Positions 34,345 through 43,137 of a stretch of DNA of 64,000 nt are shown here, in pieces (position 1 is the stretch's first letter; each line of letters opens with the position of its first letter). A program made the translations under genes and the position numbers. The stretch lies in assembly GCA_041659525.1 (NCBI GenBank), contig JBAZYC010000001.1, forward strand, positions 205,731 to 269,730. Reading direction: 5' to 3'. The DNA is from an archaeon (GTDB taxonomy: Archaea; Iainarchaeota; Iainarchaeia; Iainarchaeales; JAAZKV01). The notes below the pieces were generated by a model. It searched no databases. It saw nothing but the letters and a program-made list of their open reading frames with translations, and was not told the DNA's origin.

Positions 34345-35232
34345 TTATTCTACAAGTTGCATCTTTGATGTACCGATTTTAATAATTTTTTTAATTGGCT
34401 CAGAATTATCAGAATAAACAATAATCTCAAAGTCATAGTTTTCATTAATTGGCAAAGAAACCAAATTTCCATCTTTATTATCTTTTACTTTTAAATGCCA
34501 ACAGTCCAAACTTGCAAACTCCCCAACTAATTCCTCTTTTAATTTTTCTAAAGACAAAACAATTTCTGACCCCTCCGAAGTACGAATTACAGCACTTGGA
34601 GAATCCTTAGTTTTAAGTACTTCATATGCAATATCCAAAACGGCTTCATCATTTTTTGCAAGTTGAATAGAATCATAATTTTCAGGACCTGACCAAGACA
34701 ATCTTGTACCTTCATAAGAAAAATTGGCTGGAAGAGGCTTAATTTTTGACAATTTAGCATACACATTCTTTGCTGTGGCTGGCCCGACATTAACCACTTT
34801 TAACTTGTAATAATTTGCAAGATAATCAATAACTGCAGATTGTCTATCTTGTAATTCAACAATAACATGCGACCCAACATTCTCTCTTAGTATTATTTCA
34901 TGATCAAACTCGAGTTTTGCTTTTTGATTCCAATCTTGGAAAAGAGCCAAAATAACTACACTAACAGTCCCTATTGCAATAAATATATTCAATATTATAT
35001 TATAAATTGGCTCATGCTCTGCATGTACTCCAAACATACCCAAACTTGTGGAAATATAATTTATGTTTAATGTAACTGCCCCCAATAAAACAATTAAAAG
35101 AACTGGAACTAACAGCATTCTTCCTTGAAGAGAATTAAAAATACTAGCAGACGAAGTTCTTATCCACTTACAAATCCCATCTAAAGTAACACCCATAGTT
35201 ATCAAACCCATAAAAGAATTTAAAAATCTCAT
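34345..35232 (-). CDS. Membrane-anchored hypothetical protein, 295 aa
   Basis: ATG at 35232 is 5 nt after the stop of the upstream gene (operon-like). It has three N-terminal hydrophobic segments, then a ~190-aa beta-rich-looking domain. No family recognised. Confidence 0.55.
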   Translation of the reverse strand: MRFLNSFMGLITMGVTLDGICKWIRTSSASIFNSLQGRMLLVPVLLIVLLGAVTLNINYISTSLGMFGVHAEHEPIYNIILNIFIAIGTVSVVILALFQDWNQKAKLEFDHEIILRENVGSHVIVELQDRQSAVIDYLANYYKLKVVNVGPATAKNVYAKLSKIKPLPANFSYEGTRLSWSGPENYDSIQLAKNDEAVLDIAYEVLKTKDSPSAVIRTSEGSEIVLSLEKLKEELVGEFASLDCWHLKVKDNKDGNLVSLPINENYDFEIIVYSDNSEPIKKIIKIGTSKMQLVE

Positions 35233-35237
35233 TATAC

Positions 35238-36101
35238 CTATTGGTCAGCATTACCCCGCCACATAAATCGTTTATTTTTTTTGGTTACATTTACGTCTTT
35301 TAAGAAAGAAACCTTTGGTTTTTCTTTAAGCGGAAAAAGGTCAACCACAAAATAAATACCAGTCATTATTTTCATTATTGGATTAGTAATAGTATAATAA
35401 AAAGACCAAGTTGGAGAAAGTTCCCCCCAAAATCTATTACTTAATAATTTGAGATATCCTGTGTGCTGAGTCATCATAAAACCCCCTATAGAAAAAGGAA
35501 TAATAATGATCCCCAAAGCATAGCTACTGACTAATAATAAAGTTGAAAGACTTACAATGGATACACCTTGAACGAGCAAAGTTTGACTAATGACTACAAT
35601 CAATGCAAGTAAAGCCATTAATGAAAAATTAACAAGCCCAAAGCCAATGCTCACAAGCAAAGTTTTCAAAGATGCCTTTAATATTTCACCATCTTTAATT
35701 GTCTTTAAAAAAATATAACGAAATACTTGTAAGTAACAAATTAGAAACAAAATAATTCCAACTAGCGCAAGGCCTGTGGCAAATGGTTCAACAAGAGTAA
35801 CTTGTAATTGAAACACCACTTGCACAATCACAATTAATGCAGAAACAATAGTCAAGATTGGAGAAAATGCAAATATTACCGAAGCAAGAAGGATAAAAAG
35901 GCTAATAACTATTGCTGCCAGAATTGTCAAACTAAACTCTTCAGCTTGAAAGTCTAGTTCTGCATTTTTACCATATGTGGTGTTTCTAAAATAAAATATT
36001 AACCCCAACCCCGGTAGCAAAAAAAACAAAAAAAGAAAATTATAAGGATTGCCAGCAAGCAACTGAATCAATTGAAACAATTGAGCGATATATTCTAACA
36101 T
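35238..36101 (-). CDS. Polytopic membrane protein (~287 aa)
   Basis: Track start is TTG 36119; first ATG at 36101 (MLEYIAQLFQ..). It is hydrophobic throughout, with an estimated 7-8 TM helices. No family recognised. Confidence 0.55.
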   Translation of the reverse strand: MLEYIAQLFQLIQLLAGNPYNFLFLFFLLPGLGLIFYFRNTTYGKNAELDFQAEEFSLTILAAIVISLFILLASVIFAFSPILTIVSALIVIVQVVFQLQVTLVEPFATGLALVGIILFLICYLQVFRYIFLKTIKDGEILKASLKTLLVSIGFGLVNFSLMALLALIVVISQTLLVQGVSIVSLSTLLLVSSYALGIIIIPFSIGGFMMTQHTGYLKLLSNRFWGELSPTWSFYYTITNPIMKIMTGIYFVVDLFPLKEKPKVSFLKDVNVTKKNKRFMWRGNADQ

Positions 36102-36270
36102 AACACCACAACTTAACAATATAGCGATTGTTTTTTAACTACTTATTTCAAGACTCACTAACAACAAGTCAACGATAAGTATAACTGAATGCTGCAGACA
36201 GAGCCATTCAGTTTAGCATATAGACATTTCATTTACTGCCAAAGTGATAATACAAACTACTGGAGGTACC

Positions 36271-37806
36271 TTAGCAATTAAAGTCTAATAAAAATGATCC
36301 CGCTTGAAAAGGAAATCCAGGTACATTCAGGTTAACTAACGTGTTATCTATGTCTTTTTGTTGTTTCACATCACAACTACTACCTTGTTGGGAAGAAACA
36401 CAACCAACGAAGTTTGCATCCTTCGCTCCCGAAATATTAAACCTGAGAAATGTTTCTTTATCTGATCTCGGCACATAAGAAATATTTATGTCACACGACT
36501 TTGGAATGTAAGCATAGTTAATAATTGGGAGCAACTTATTTGGAGGATTATCTGAATGGAATATAGGATTAACACTCTGTTCAACATAAAATTCATTTAC
36601 AAAATTTAAATCCCTAAAAAACAAGCTATCTAATCCCCAAAATAATTTATTAAAATTTAAATCAATATTTATTGGAGCATGAATAAAACAACTATCCTTA
36701 GTATTTTCCAAACTATATGAAGTCGCTGCTACTTTGACCATATTAATATTTGGGAGAGTACTTGTAGCTTTTGCATAAGACAAATGAGACACGTTTTGCG
36801 CTGATTCCAAGATATTCTTTTTGTCAATCTCAAACTTACTGCAAGTTAATGGGCCGTTAGAACCTTCATTTGATTGATAATAAGTAGTTAACTCAGGATA
36901 TTTCTGGTTCGCATCAAAATAGAAAAATTTTTGTCGAACAAGTGAAAAGCGAATCATAACATTATCAGAATGACGTTCTTTGATGGTGTATATCAACAAG
37001 CTATTACTACTGGAAAAATCCGCATTACCATTTAGTTCAAATAAATATACTTGCGGGGATACTATTACTTGGGGCGTTGAAAAAAGAATTAATAAAAAGA
37101 ACAAAAAGGCCCCAACCAGAGGCAACAAAATAAAAAGAATAAAAGCTTTTTTTGTATCCAAAAACTTTAATGTTGCAGCCAAATTATCACGGATTGCCAT
37201 ATTTCCAAAAATTAGTTCATAAAAAAATTCTGTTATAAATATACAAAAAGTGAATGCCGCCACCCCCGTAAGAAATTTTATGCTAAGTAAAATATAATAA
37301 TTAGAATCAATAGGCCTAAACAAAAACGAAAATAGAAAAAATCCGAATAAGAACATTGCTAAAATAAACCCAAATTTTTGAATAGAATCTACTACTTTTC
37401 TCCAAATTAATTTTTTAGTTGTCCTTGGCGGAAATTTTACAAACTCTGCATAAAACTTGAACCAAAAGAAGAAAATCACGATAATTGTGACAAAGGTTAT
37501 TGTCAAAATCAAGCTAGTATCTTTAGAAATAAACCCCTGCGGGCTATTTGCAAACAAAAAATCAAATGTTGACAAGCCAGTCGAAAATGTGCTTATTGAA
37601 AGTAAAGATAAAACTCCAAGCGCCAATGCAAAAAGACTTGAAGAAAAAAAGTTTTTTAAAAAATTCCCTTTTTTATAAACTAACACTGAATAACATATAA
37701 ATGCAAGTAGAATAGACAATAAAGCTGTGCTTTCTAATGATAACCCTGTAAGCGAAAAAAGATAACTTGACACAAAGGTCAAAACCATTTCAACAAAATC
37801 TACCAT
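36271..37806 (-). CDS. Membrane protein with multi-TM N-terminal half and ~260-aa C-terminal soluble domain, 511 aa
   Basis: ATG start (MVDFVEMVLTF..). There are at least 6 hydrophobic helices in residues 1-245, then a polar Cys-containing domain. No family recognised. Confidence 0.6.
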   Translation of the reverse strand: MVDFVEMVLTFVSSYLFSLTGLSLESTALLSILLAFICYSVLVYKKGNFLKNFFSSSLFALALGVLSLLSISTFSTGLSTFDFLFANSPQGFISKDTSLILTITFVTIIVIFFFWFKFYAEFVKFPPRTTKKLIWRKVVDSIQKFGFILAMFLFGFFLFSFLFRPIDSNYYILLSIKFLTGVAAFTFCIFITEFFYELIFGNMAIRDNLAATLKFLDTKKAFILFILLPLVGAFLFFLLILFSTPQVIVSPQVYLFELNGNADFSSSNSLLIYTIKERHSDNVMIRFSLVRQKFFYFDANQKYPELTTYYQSNEGSNGPLTCSKFEIDKKNILESAQNVSHLSYAKATSTLPNINMVKVAATSYSLENTKDSCFIHAPINIDLNFNKLFWGLDSLFFRDLNFVNEFYVEQSVNPIFHSDNPPNKLLPIINYAYIPKSCDINISYVPRSDKETFLRFNISGAKDANFVGCVSSQQGSSCDVKQQKDIDNTLVNLNVPGFPFQAGSFLLDFNC

Positions 37807-37926
37807 AGTAATATTCTAGTTAGGACTTATTAAAAGCCTTTTTGATTACTTTCCAGCTTTGCTGCGCCAGTACTGAACCAAGCGTCATTCCATTAATTTT
37901 TATTCTTTTTAGAGACTCATATTTGT

Positions 37927-38502
37927 ATGCTTGAGATAAGTGATAAAGAACGTTACGCAATGAATATGTTTCTAAGATCCCAAAAAACTGCTTTTTTGAA
38001 TAGCAAATCACCAACTGAATTCCCTGAATTTTCTGCACGCACAGACATTGCAATTGTTTATCCAATTCGTGAAATCAAAGGAAAAATCAAGAGTTTATTT
38101 TACCAGCCATTATTGTTGAAAACTGGAGAAATAGAGTTCATAAAAGTAAAAAGGCCCAGAGGGCTTCCTTACGTTGACAAAAGTAAAGGTACAATTAAAC
38201 TAAAAGGAAAAGTTGTTGGATTACAAGCCTTGACTTACACTTTTACCGACAAAGAAAATAATGAACGAGGAATCTTTTTTGACAAACAACTTTTGTATAA
38301 AGACAAATACTATTTGCTGAAACTCTTTGCAAAAGAAATTTATCCACACTTAAATAAATTATCCTACAATGATTGGGAACTCGGAGCTTTTATTGAAATG
38401 TATAAAGATATTAAACCAAACGAAGATCTCCCAAGATATGCAAACAGAACTTCATTTACTCGTCTTTTAAGAAGATATATCAAAACAGATAAAATCCTAT
38501 AA
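37927..38502 (+). CDS. Hypothetical basic protein, 191 aa (start may be at an internal Met)
   Basis: ATG ORF divergent from the 36271..37806 operon. K/R-rich; no family recognised. Confidence 0.5.
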   Translation: MLEISDKERYAMNMFLRSQKTAFLNSKSPTEFPEFSARTDIAIVYPIREIKGKIKSLFYQPLLLKTGEIEFIKVKRPRGLPYVDKSKGTIKLKGKVVGLQALTYTFTDKENNERGIFFDKQLLYKDKYYLLKLFAKEIYPHLNKLSYNDWELGAFIEMYKDIKPNEDLPRYANRTSFTRLLRRYIKTDKIL

Positions 38503-38547
38503 TAATACTCCCCCCGGGTCAAATAGCAGTATAATGTTATAATTTAT

Positions 38548-38724
38548 ATGGATCAAACTGAAACCAAAATTTGTTCTTGCTGCGGGCAACCAATCTACAC
38601 CAGCAAAGAGCTCGAAAAAAAGCTTGGCTTACCAATTGTGTACTTGCTTGAACAATATGACTTGTGGAAAAAGCTTAATGATGAAAACCCCACACACACC
38701 CATAAACAGGAGGAATTAGTATGA
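38548..38724 (+). CDS. Small Cys-motif protein, 58 aa (below the ORF-track length cut-off)
   Basis: Hand translation: MDQTETKICSCCGQPIYTSKELEKKLGLPIVYLLEQYDLWKKLNDENPTHTHKQEELV*. Its TGA overlaps the next gene's ATG (ATGA at 38721-38724). The AGGAGG for the next gene lies within its 3' end. Confidence 0.45.
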   Translation: MDQTETKICSCCGQPIYTSKELEKKLGLPIVYLLEQYDLWKKLNDENPTHTHKQEELV

Positions 38725-38972
38725 AAGAAGATTTTCATAAACAGATTTTAGATTTTATGGATATTTTAACGAGAAAAGGACTTAATCAAGTTCCAGTGGA
38801 AAAACTGAAGCATGGTATTGCTGAGGTGTTTGGAGATGATAGGCACAGAGTTTCATTTATACTTAAACATCTAATAGAAATTGGTTTTGTTAAAGTGGAT
38901 AGAAACAATATAGCTAGGATAGATAGTTCTGTTGAAGAAAAGTATAGATTAGATAGATTATTTTTCATGTAG
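38721..38972 (+). CDS. Small winged-helix-like protein, 83 aa
   Basis: AGGAGG lies 8 nt upstream of the ATG. ..ILTRKGLNQVPVEKLKHGIAEVFGDDRHRVSFILKHLIEIGFVKVDRNN.. has an HTH plus wing-like pattern. The family assignment is tentative. Confidence 0.5.
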   Translation: MKEDFHKQILDFMDILTRKGLNQVPVEKLKHGIAEVFGDDRHRVSFILKHLIEIGFVKVDRNNIARIDSSVEEKYRLDRLFFM

Positions 38973-38990
38973 GTGTGGGTGGGTGGTAAA

Positions 38991-39476
38991 ATGACTTCAG
39001 AAATACAAGCAAACTCAAATAAAGAAAATGCTCAGAAAAGTACTGGACCAAACGACACAAGTGTTACTCGCTTTAATGCTGTAAAGTATGGTTTGACTGG
39101 AAAGTGCTTTATGACACCTGAAGAGGTACAAGTTACGGAAGAAATTTATGAAGATTTGGTACAAACATTCAATCCCAAAGATTCTATTGAAAGATTTCTT
39201 GTTTATCGTATGGCTCAAATAATAATCCGGCTTCAAAAGATTAATCAAATAGAATCAGCAACTCTTCAAAATTCTCTAACTTCTAAAGAAAATTGGGAAA
39301 GTAATCCCGTGTGCCAAGCATTAGAAGAACCTTTGAAAAACCCTGACGAAAAACCTTTGCTTAAATATGAAGATTTAACAAAAATTGAACTCTTAGCCAG
39401 ATATGAGACTAACCTAGAGAACCGATTGACCAAGATACTCAAGGTTTACTATGAAAAACAAGAACAACGCAATTAA
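38991..39476 (+). CDS. Hypothetical protein, 161 aa
   Basis: Track start is GTG 38973. ATG 38991 is preceded by GGTGGGTGG-TAAA (SD). The N-terminus MTSEIQANSNKENAQKSTGPNDTSVTRFNAVKYGL.. resembles a motif (N..NA.KSTGP....N..KHGL) that I recall from uncharacterised mobile-element proteins. This is unverified. Confidence 0.5.
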   Translation: MTSEIQANSNKENAQKSTGPNDTSVTRFNAVKYGLTGKCFMTPEEVQVTEEIYEDLVQTFNPKDSIERFLVYRMAQIIIRLQKINQIESATLQNSLTSKENWESNPVCQALEEPLKNPDEKPLLKYEDLTKIELLARYETNLENRLTKILKVYYEKQEQRN

Positions 39477-39644
39477 CTGGGTTCGTTTCGCAATAATATT
39501 GAGCAAACCAATAGAAAAAGAGTATTGAAATAGTATTACAAATTGCGTTAAAATGCAATTCAAATACTGCAATTTTGCTTCACAAAATTCCCTAAATGCG
39601 AGTCCTTTCCAATTAATCATTGGGTTAAAACTTATACTAATTTG

Positions 39645-39980
39645 TCATACTTTAATAAAATGAGACTTGCAAATAGGACAAGAAGGATCAACTTTATCCC
39701 TAATATAGATTCCAACTAAACCGCCCCAAAAAAATATCCAAAGCAACCCCTGAATTGAAGGATAAGGCACTAAAAACCAAAACAAAGCCACGTAAATCAA
39801 ATAAGCCATAACAATCTGTTTGGCCCACTGCATAAGAGTCATGCGTTGAGGCTGAACATTTTGTTTACAATTAACACAATATCTGGGTCCATTTTTCCCA
39901 TTAACAAAATTAGTTAAAGGGGCCGATTTTACCCAATCAGTAAAAGAAAATTTAGAGTCACCCTTCAATTTATCACTCAT
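39645..39980 (-). CDS. Small membrane protein with split zinc-ribbon-like CxxC pairs, 111 aa
   Basis: ATG at 39980 (MSDKLKGDSKF..) avoids overlap with the divergent 40032 gene. It has CVNC .. two TM helices .. CPIC. The 36 upstream codons in the track are probably not coding. Confidence 0.5.
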   Translation of the reverse strand: MSDKLKGDSKFSFTDWVKSAPLTNFVNGKNGPRYCVNCKQNVQPQRMTLMQWAKQIVMAYLIYVALFWFLVPYPSIQGLLWIFFWGGLVGIYIRDKVDPSCPICKSHFIKV

Positions 39981-40031
39981 GGTAAGTAAATGGTAACTAA
40001 ACATATTTAAAAGGTAATATGTCTTATTCTC

Positions 40032-40253
40032 ATGAAGACTAACTGGGAAGAAATAGCATTCATAAAAGCAAGCAAATACAGAAAACAAATACTAGACTCT
40101 TTATCCGAACCAAAAACCCCAACAGAATTAGCCAAAATAACTGGCCAAAACATAAGCCACATAAGCAGAACACTTAAAGAATTACAAGAACGAGAACTAA
40201 TCAAATGCTTAACTCCAAATCTACGAAAAGGACGACTTTATAAAAAGTTATAA
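40032..40253 (+). CDS. ArsR/MarR-like winged-helix transcription regulator, 73 aa
   Basis: ..ASKYRKQILDSLSEPKTPTELAKITGQNISHISRTLKELQERELIKCL.. shows a typical wHTH (recognition helix ISHISRTLKEL). Confidence 0.7.
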   Translation: MKTNWEEIAFIKASKYRKQILDSLSEPKTPTELAKITGQNISHISRTLKELQERELIKCLTPNLRKGRLYKKL

Positions 40254-40275
40254 TCAAATTAAATTAGTTGAAAAT

Positions 40276-40869
40276 ATGACTACAAATAAACAATCATTAG
40301 CTTCCCTAGCTAAAGCAGCATTTAATCCAGTAGCTAAGTTATGCAATAGTGAAAAAGATGATGAACGATTAGTTGGTATTAATATTATTCTTTTTATTTT
40401 TTGTTTAGCTCTTGTAGGAACAACACAACAATTAACCGATTTAAACAGTATTGGACTAGTTGCATACTTAGTTGTATTTGGTTTATTTGCATCAATAATC
40501 TCATTAGCATATAGACCTGCCCTTTTAGCAATTGCAGGATTTGTAAATAGAGATATTTTCGCACTAAAATTTTCTGTAGGAGTAATGTTTATCCTTAGCG
40601 GCCTAAGCTTTTATGCCGCATATTACCTTCGTAAAGATTTACTACCCCTACTAATTTTTGGAATTATTGCCCAACTTATGTCAATAGTAATTATTGGATT
40701 CGCAAAAATTCCAATAAAAACTTTCCAAACTCAATCAAAGGAGACAAACAAATTAACATTTTGGGAAATACTAGAAAAAATAGATACAATAGGAGGAGTC
40801 ATTGGTTTAATAATATTTTTGATTCCTTTCATTAGCGGAATTATAACTTATTTATTCTCTCTTTTGTAA
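40276..40869 (+). CDS. Polytopic membrane protein, 197 aa
   Basis: ATG start, 22 nt after the regulator gene. Five or six hydrophobic helices. No family recognised. Confidence 0.55.
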   Translation: MTTNKQSLASLAKAAFNPVAKLCNSEKDDERLVGINIILFIFCLALVGTTQQLTDLNSIGLVAYLVVFGLFASIISLAYRPALLAIAGFVNRDIFALKFSVGVMFILSGLSFYAAYYLRKDLLPLLIFGIIAQLMSIVIIGFAKIPIKTFQTQSKETNKLTFWEILEKIDTIGGVIGLIIFLIPFISGIITYLFSLL

Positions 40870-40937
40870 TTGTCTCTTCAACAACTACTTAAAACCAATG
40901 AAACTAAACAGAATTAAGACAATAAAAAAAGCAACGT

Positions 40938-41282
40938 TTATCTTCGTTTTATCTTTTTTGGCGCAGGAAGTAATAATTGCTTATCCATTTTATTGAGTTC
41001 AGCAAATAAATTTTTAAAAACCAATGTAGCTTGTGCAAGATTCTTTTTTTGAGCCACTGAATCTAATACTGCAAAGTTAATCCTATGGACTTGCTGAGTT
41101 GATCCAGACAAATTCGCCCCCGCTAAACTAATATCTATTTTTCCAGAGCTTTCTTTAGTAGTTGTTACAGAAATGTCAAAATTTAAACGCCCTTCTAAAT
41201 CAAATCCCTCTGGCAAAGCATCCTTAATTTGATTCAAAGTTTTTGCAACAAAATCTTTAATTTCATTTTCTGACATTATCAT
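40938..41282 (-). CDS. Small protein with Trypco2-like (effector-associated) sequence pattern, ~114 aa
   Basis: ..GFDLEGRLNFDISVTTTKESSGKIDISLAGANLSGSTQQVHRINFAVLD.. has alternating beta-strand segments ending in H-R-I-x-F. It resembles the trypsin-co-occurring domain 2 family from memory; not verified. Confidence 0.35.
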   Translation of the reverse strand: MIMSENEIKDFVAKTLNQIKDALPEGFDLEGRLNFDISVTTTKESSGKIDISLAGANLSGSTQQVHRINFAVLDSVAQKKNLAQATLVFKNLFAELNKMDKQLLLPAPKKIKRR

Positions 41283-41300
41283 CACCCTTAAAACTATAAA

Positions 41301-41771
41301 CTAAGCCTCTTTAACTTTTGAAATGCAAAAAACCTCATATTTATTAGTGTATTCTTGATTAATTTTTTCAGATACAATCTCGTAAATTTCAGTTACCCCA
41401 TTTTGTTCAATTTTAGCTATTTGAGACTCATTTAAATTAATTCTATGTCCAAGGATTTTTTCAGCAATGATTGAATCCTCTCTTACTACTTTTATGGCAT
41501 TGTTATTCTCCCCCTTATAAGTAGTAATATTAAGATGAGGGCCGCTAGAATCATGCTCATGCTCTCGGTCCACACGTATCTCTTCAATCAGCACAATCGG
41601 ATCCTTTGACCAAGGTTTTTCCACAATAGTAAGTTCAATACGATTGTCTTGAATCTCCCTAAATATCAATATAGCATTTCCTGCCTGCGCTTTACTTCCG
41701 CCAACACTATTATAAGTAAACCCCATTTGAGTTGCTGTTGAATTAGCAGTCGTATTATAAGCCCTTTCCAT
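41301..41771 (-). CDS. Hypothetical protein, 156 aa
   Basis: ATG ORF 15 nt upstream of the previous gene on the same strand (operon-like). No family recognised. Confidence 0.5.
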   Translation of the reverse strand: MERAYNTTANSTATQMGFTYNSVGGSKAQAGNAILIFREIQDNRIELTIVEKPWSKDPIVLIEEIRVDREHEHDSSGPHLNITTYKGENNNAIKVVREDSIIAEKILGHRINLNESQIAKIEQNGVTEIYEIVSEKINQEYTNKYEVFCISKVKEA

Positions 41772-41835
41772 TAAAGACTAGCCCAATAATAGTTTTTTAA
41801 ATTAATTTATAGTCGTTTCAATTCCCCAGTAACAA

Positions 41836-43080
41836 TTACTTTTTAACATTTTTTTGCAAAATATTGATTTGTTTTTCCATTTGCCGCATTTTATTAAAGA
41901 ATTCTTCGGGCGATTTCATATATTCAAGCAAAGCATTTTCCTTAACCTTATTTTCAAGCGCTTCTTTTTGTACCGTTTCAACATTTAGAGGCATTGCGCA
42001 TCTAAAACAGTAAGATGCGTTTGGAGGATTCTTTTCATTGCAACGTGAGCAAACTTTGGGTTTGAGTTTGCTTTCTTTTATATCTTCTTTTGGTTTTAAC
42101 CCGTTAACAGCTAGAATTGCATCATCAACATTTCGTCCAGACATGTGAACGTATCTTGCAGCCATGTCTGAGCTTTGAGTCCACCCGAAGTATTCTTTCA
42201 TTTGTGCTTCGGTTAGTTTGTTTGCTAAATCTGTTGCTCTTGCGTGTCTGAATTGGTGAGCATTATGTTTTTTCTTTACTCCTGCTCTTTCGAAGGCTGT
42301 TTCAAGTATTTTCTTTACTCCGCTATAACTTAGTGCTTGTACATTTCCAAGTTCAAGCGGTCTTCCTTTTCCTTTGCTTGGGCGATTCATTAATTTGATC
42401 CAAAGTGGTGCGTCAGGATTGTCTTTCAAAGGATGCATATTCAACCAAGTAGAAAGATAATTTGTTGAAGAGACTAACGGAATTCTTCTTTGGCCAGTTT
42501 TCCCATTTACTTGAATTGAAGTTATTTGTTCCCCAAAATGAATGTCCTTTATTCGAAGCGGCAGTATTTCTCCAATTCTTCCACCAGATTCAAACAACAT
42601 GAAAATTAAGCATTTGTCTCTTGGGCTTTGAGCATAACTAACAACTTTCAATAGTTCTTCTTCAGTGATTAAATCTTCAGGAAGTTGAGTATCATTTGGA
42701 CTTTTTATTTTCAGCCACTTAATACAGTCAGGATAATATTCATCATTTCCTAATAACCACTTGTAAAATCTTTTCAAGACAGTTTTGTAATCAGCTTTTG
42801 TCCATGCAGCGTAGTCTTTGTTATTTTCTATTTTCGCAATCATCTTTTCGCAATCATTTTTTGTTGCTTCTCTAAATGGTTTATTATTTCCTTGTGAAAT
42901 AAAACGAAGCACGATAACATTTTTTATTAATCTTATTTTTTTGATTCCTAAAGCTTGCATTGATGCAATGAAATTTTCAATGTCTTTCTTATCAGTAGAG
43001 GAAATTTTGCTTTCGTGTAGAGTTTTGAGTGCTGAATCAAGTCGTGCGTCACAGTAGTAAATGTCTTTGTGTTCAGCCAT
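41836..43080 (-). CDS. Tyrosine recombinase/integrase with C-terminal zinc ribbon, 414 aa
   Basis: N-terminal SAM-like core-binding region. Catalytic motifs: ..ESGGRIGEILPLRIKD.. (Arg I), ..HQFRHARATDL.. (H-x-x-R), ..GWTQSSDMAARYVHMS.. (catalytic Tyr). The C-terminal CSRCNEKNPPNASYCFRC is a Zn ribbon. The gene starts 58 nt from the tRNA-Tyr 3' end. Confidence 0.9.
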   Translation of the reverse strand: MAEHKDIYYCDARLDSALKTLHESKISSTDKKDIENFIASMQALGIKKIRLIKNVIVLRFISQGNNKPFREATKNDCEKMIAKIENNKDYAAWTKADYKTVLKRFYKWLLGNDEYYPDCIKWLKIKSPNDTQLPEDLITEEELLKVVSYAQSPRDKCLIFMLFESGGRIGEILPLRIKDIHFGEQITSIQVNGKTGQRRIPLVSSTNYLSTWLNMHPLKDNPDAPLWIKLMNRPSKGKGRPLELGNVQALSYSGVKKILETAFERAGVKKKHNAHQFRHARATDLANKLTEAQMKEYFGWTQSSDMAARYVHMSGRNVDDAILAVNGLKPKEDIKESKLKPKVCSRCNEKNPPNASYCFRCAMPLNVETVQKEALENKVKENALLEYMKSPEEFFNKMRQMEKQINILQKNVKK

Positions 43081-43137
43081 AATTACTGCATGCGCAATTC
43101 AATTTATAAATAAAACGGAACTGCACTCCAGTACTAA

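Noticed and set aside
37820-38065. 81-aa minus-strand ORF upstream of the 511-aa membrane-protein gene
   Set aside because: It overlaps the 5' end of the 191-aa plus-strand ORF by ~140 nt. It has an odd Q/C/L-rich composition and no SD. It is kept as unresolved rather than annotated.
39981-40204. The N-terminal 36 codons of track ORF 39645..40088, and ORF 40007..40204 (minus)
   Set aside because: Both would overlap the well-supported ArsR-like wHTH gene at 40032..40253. The internal ATG at 39980 gives a clean divergent gene pair.
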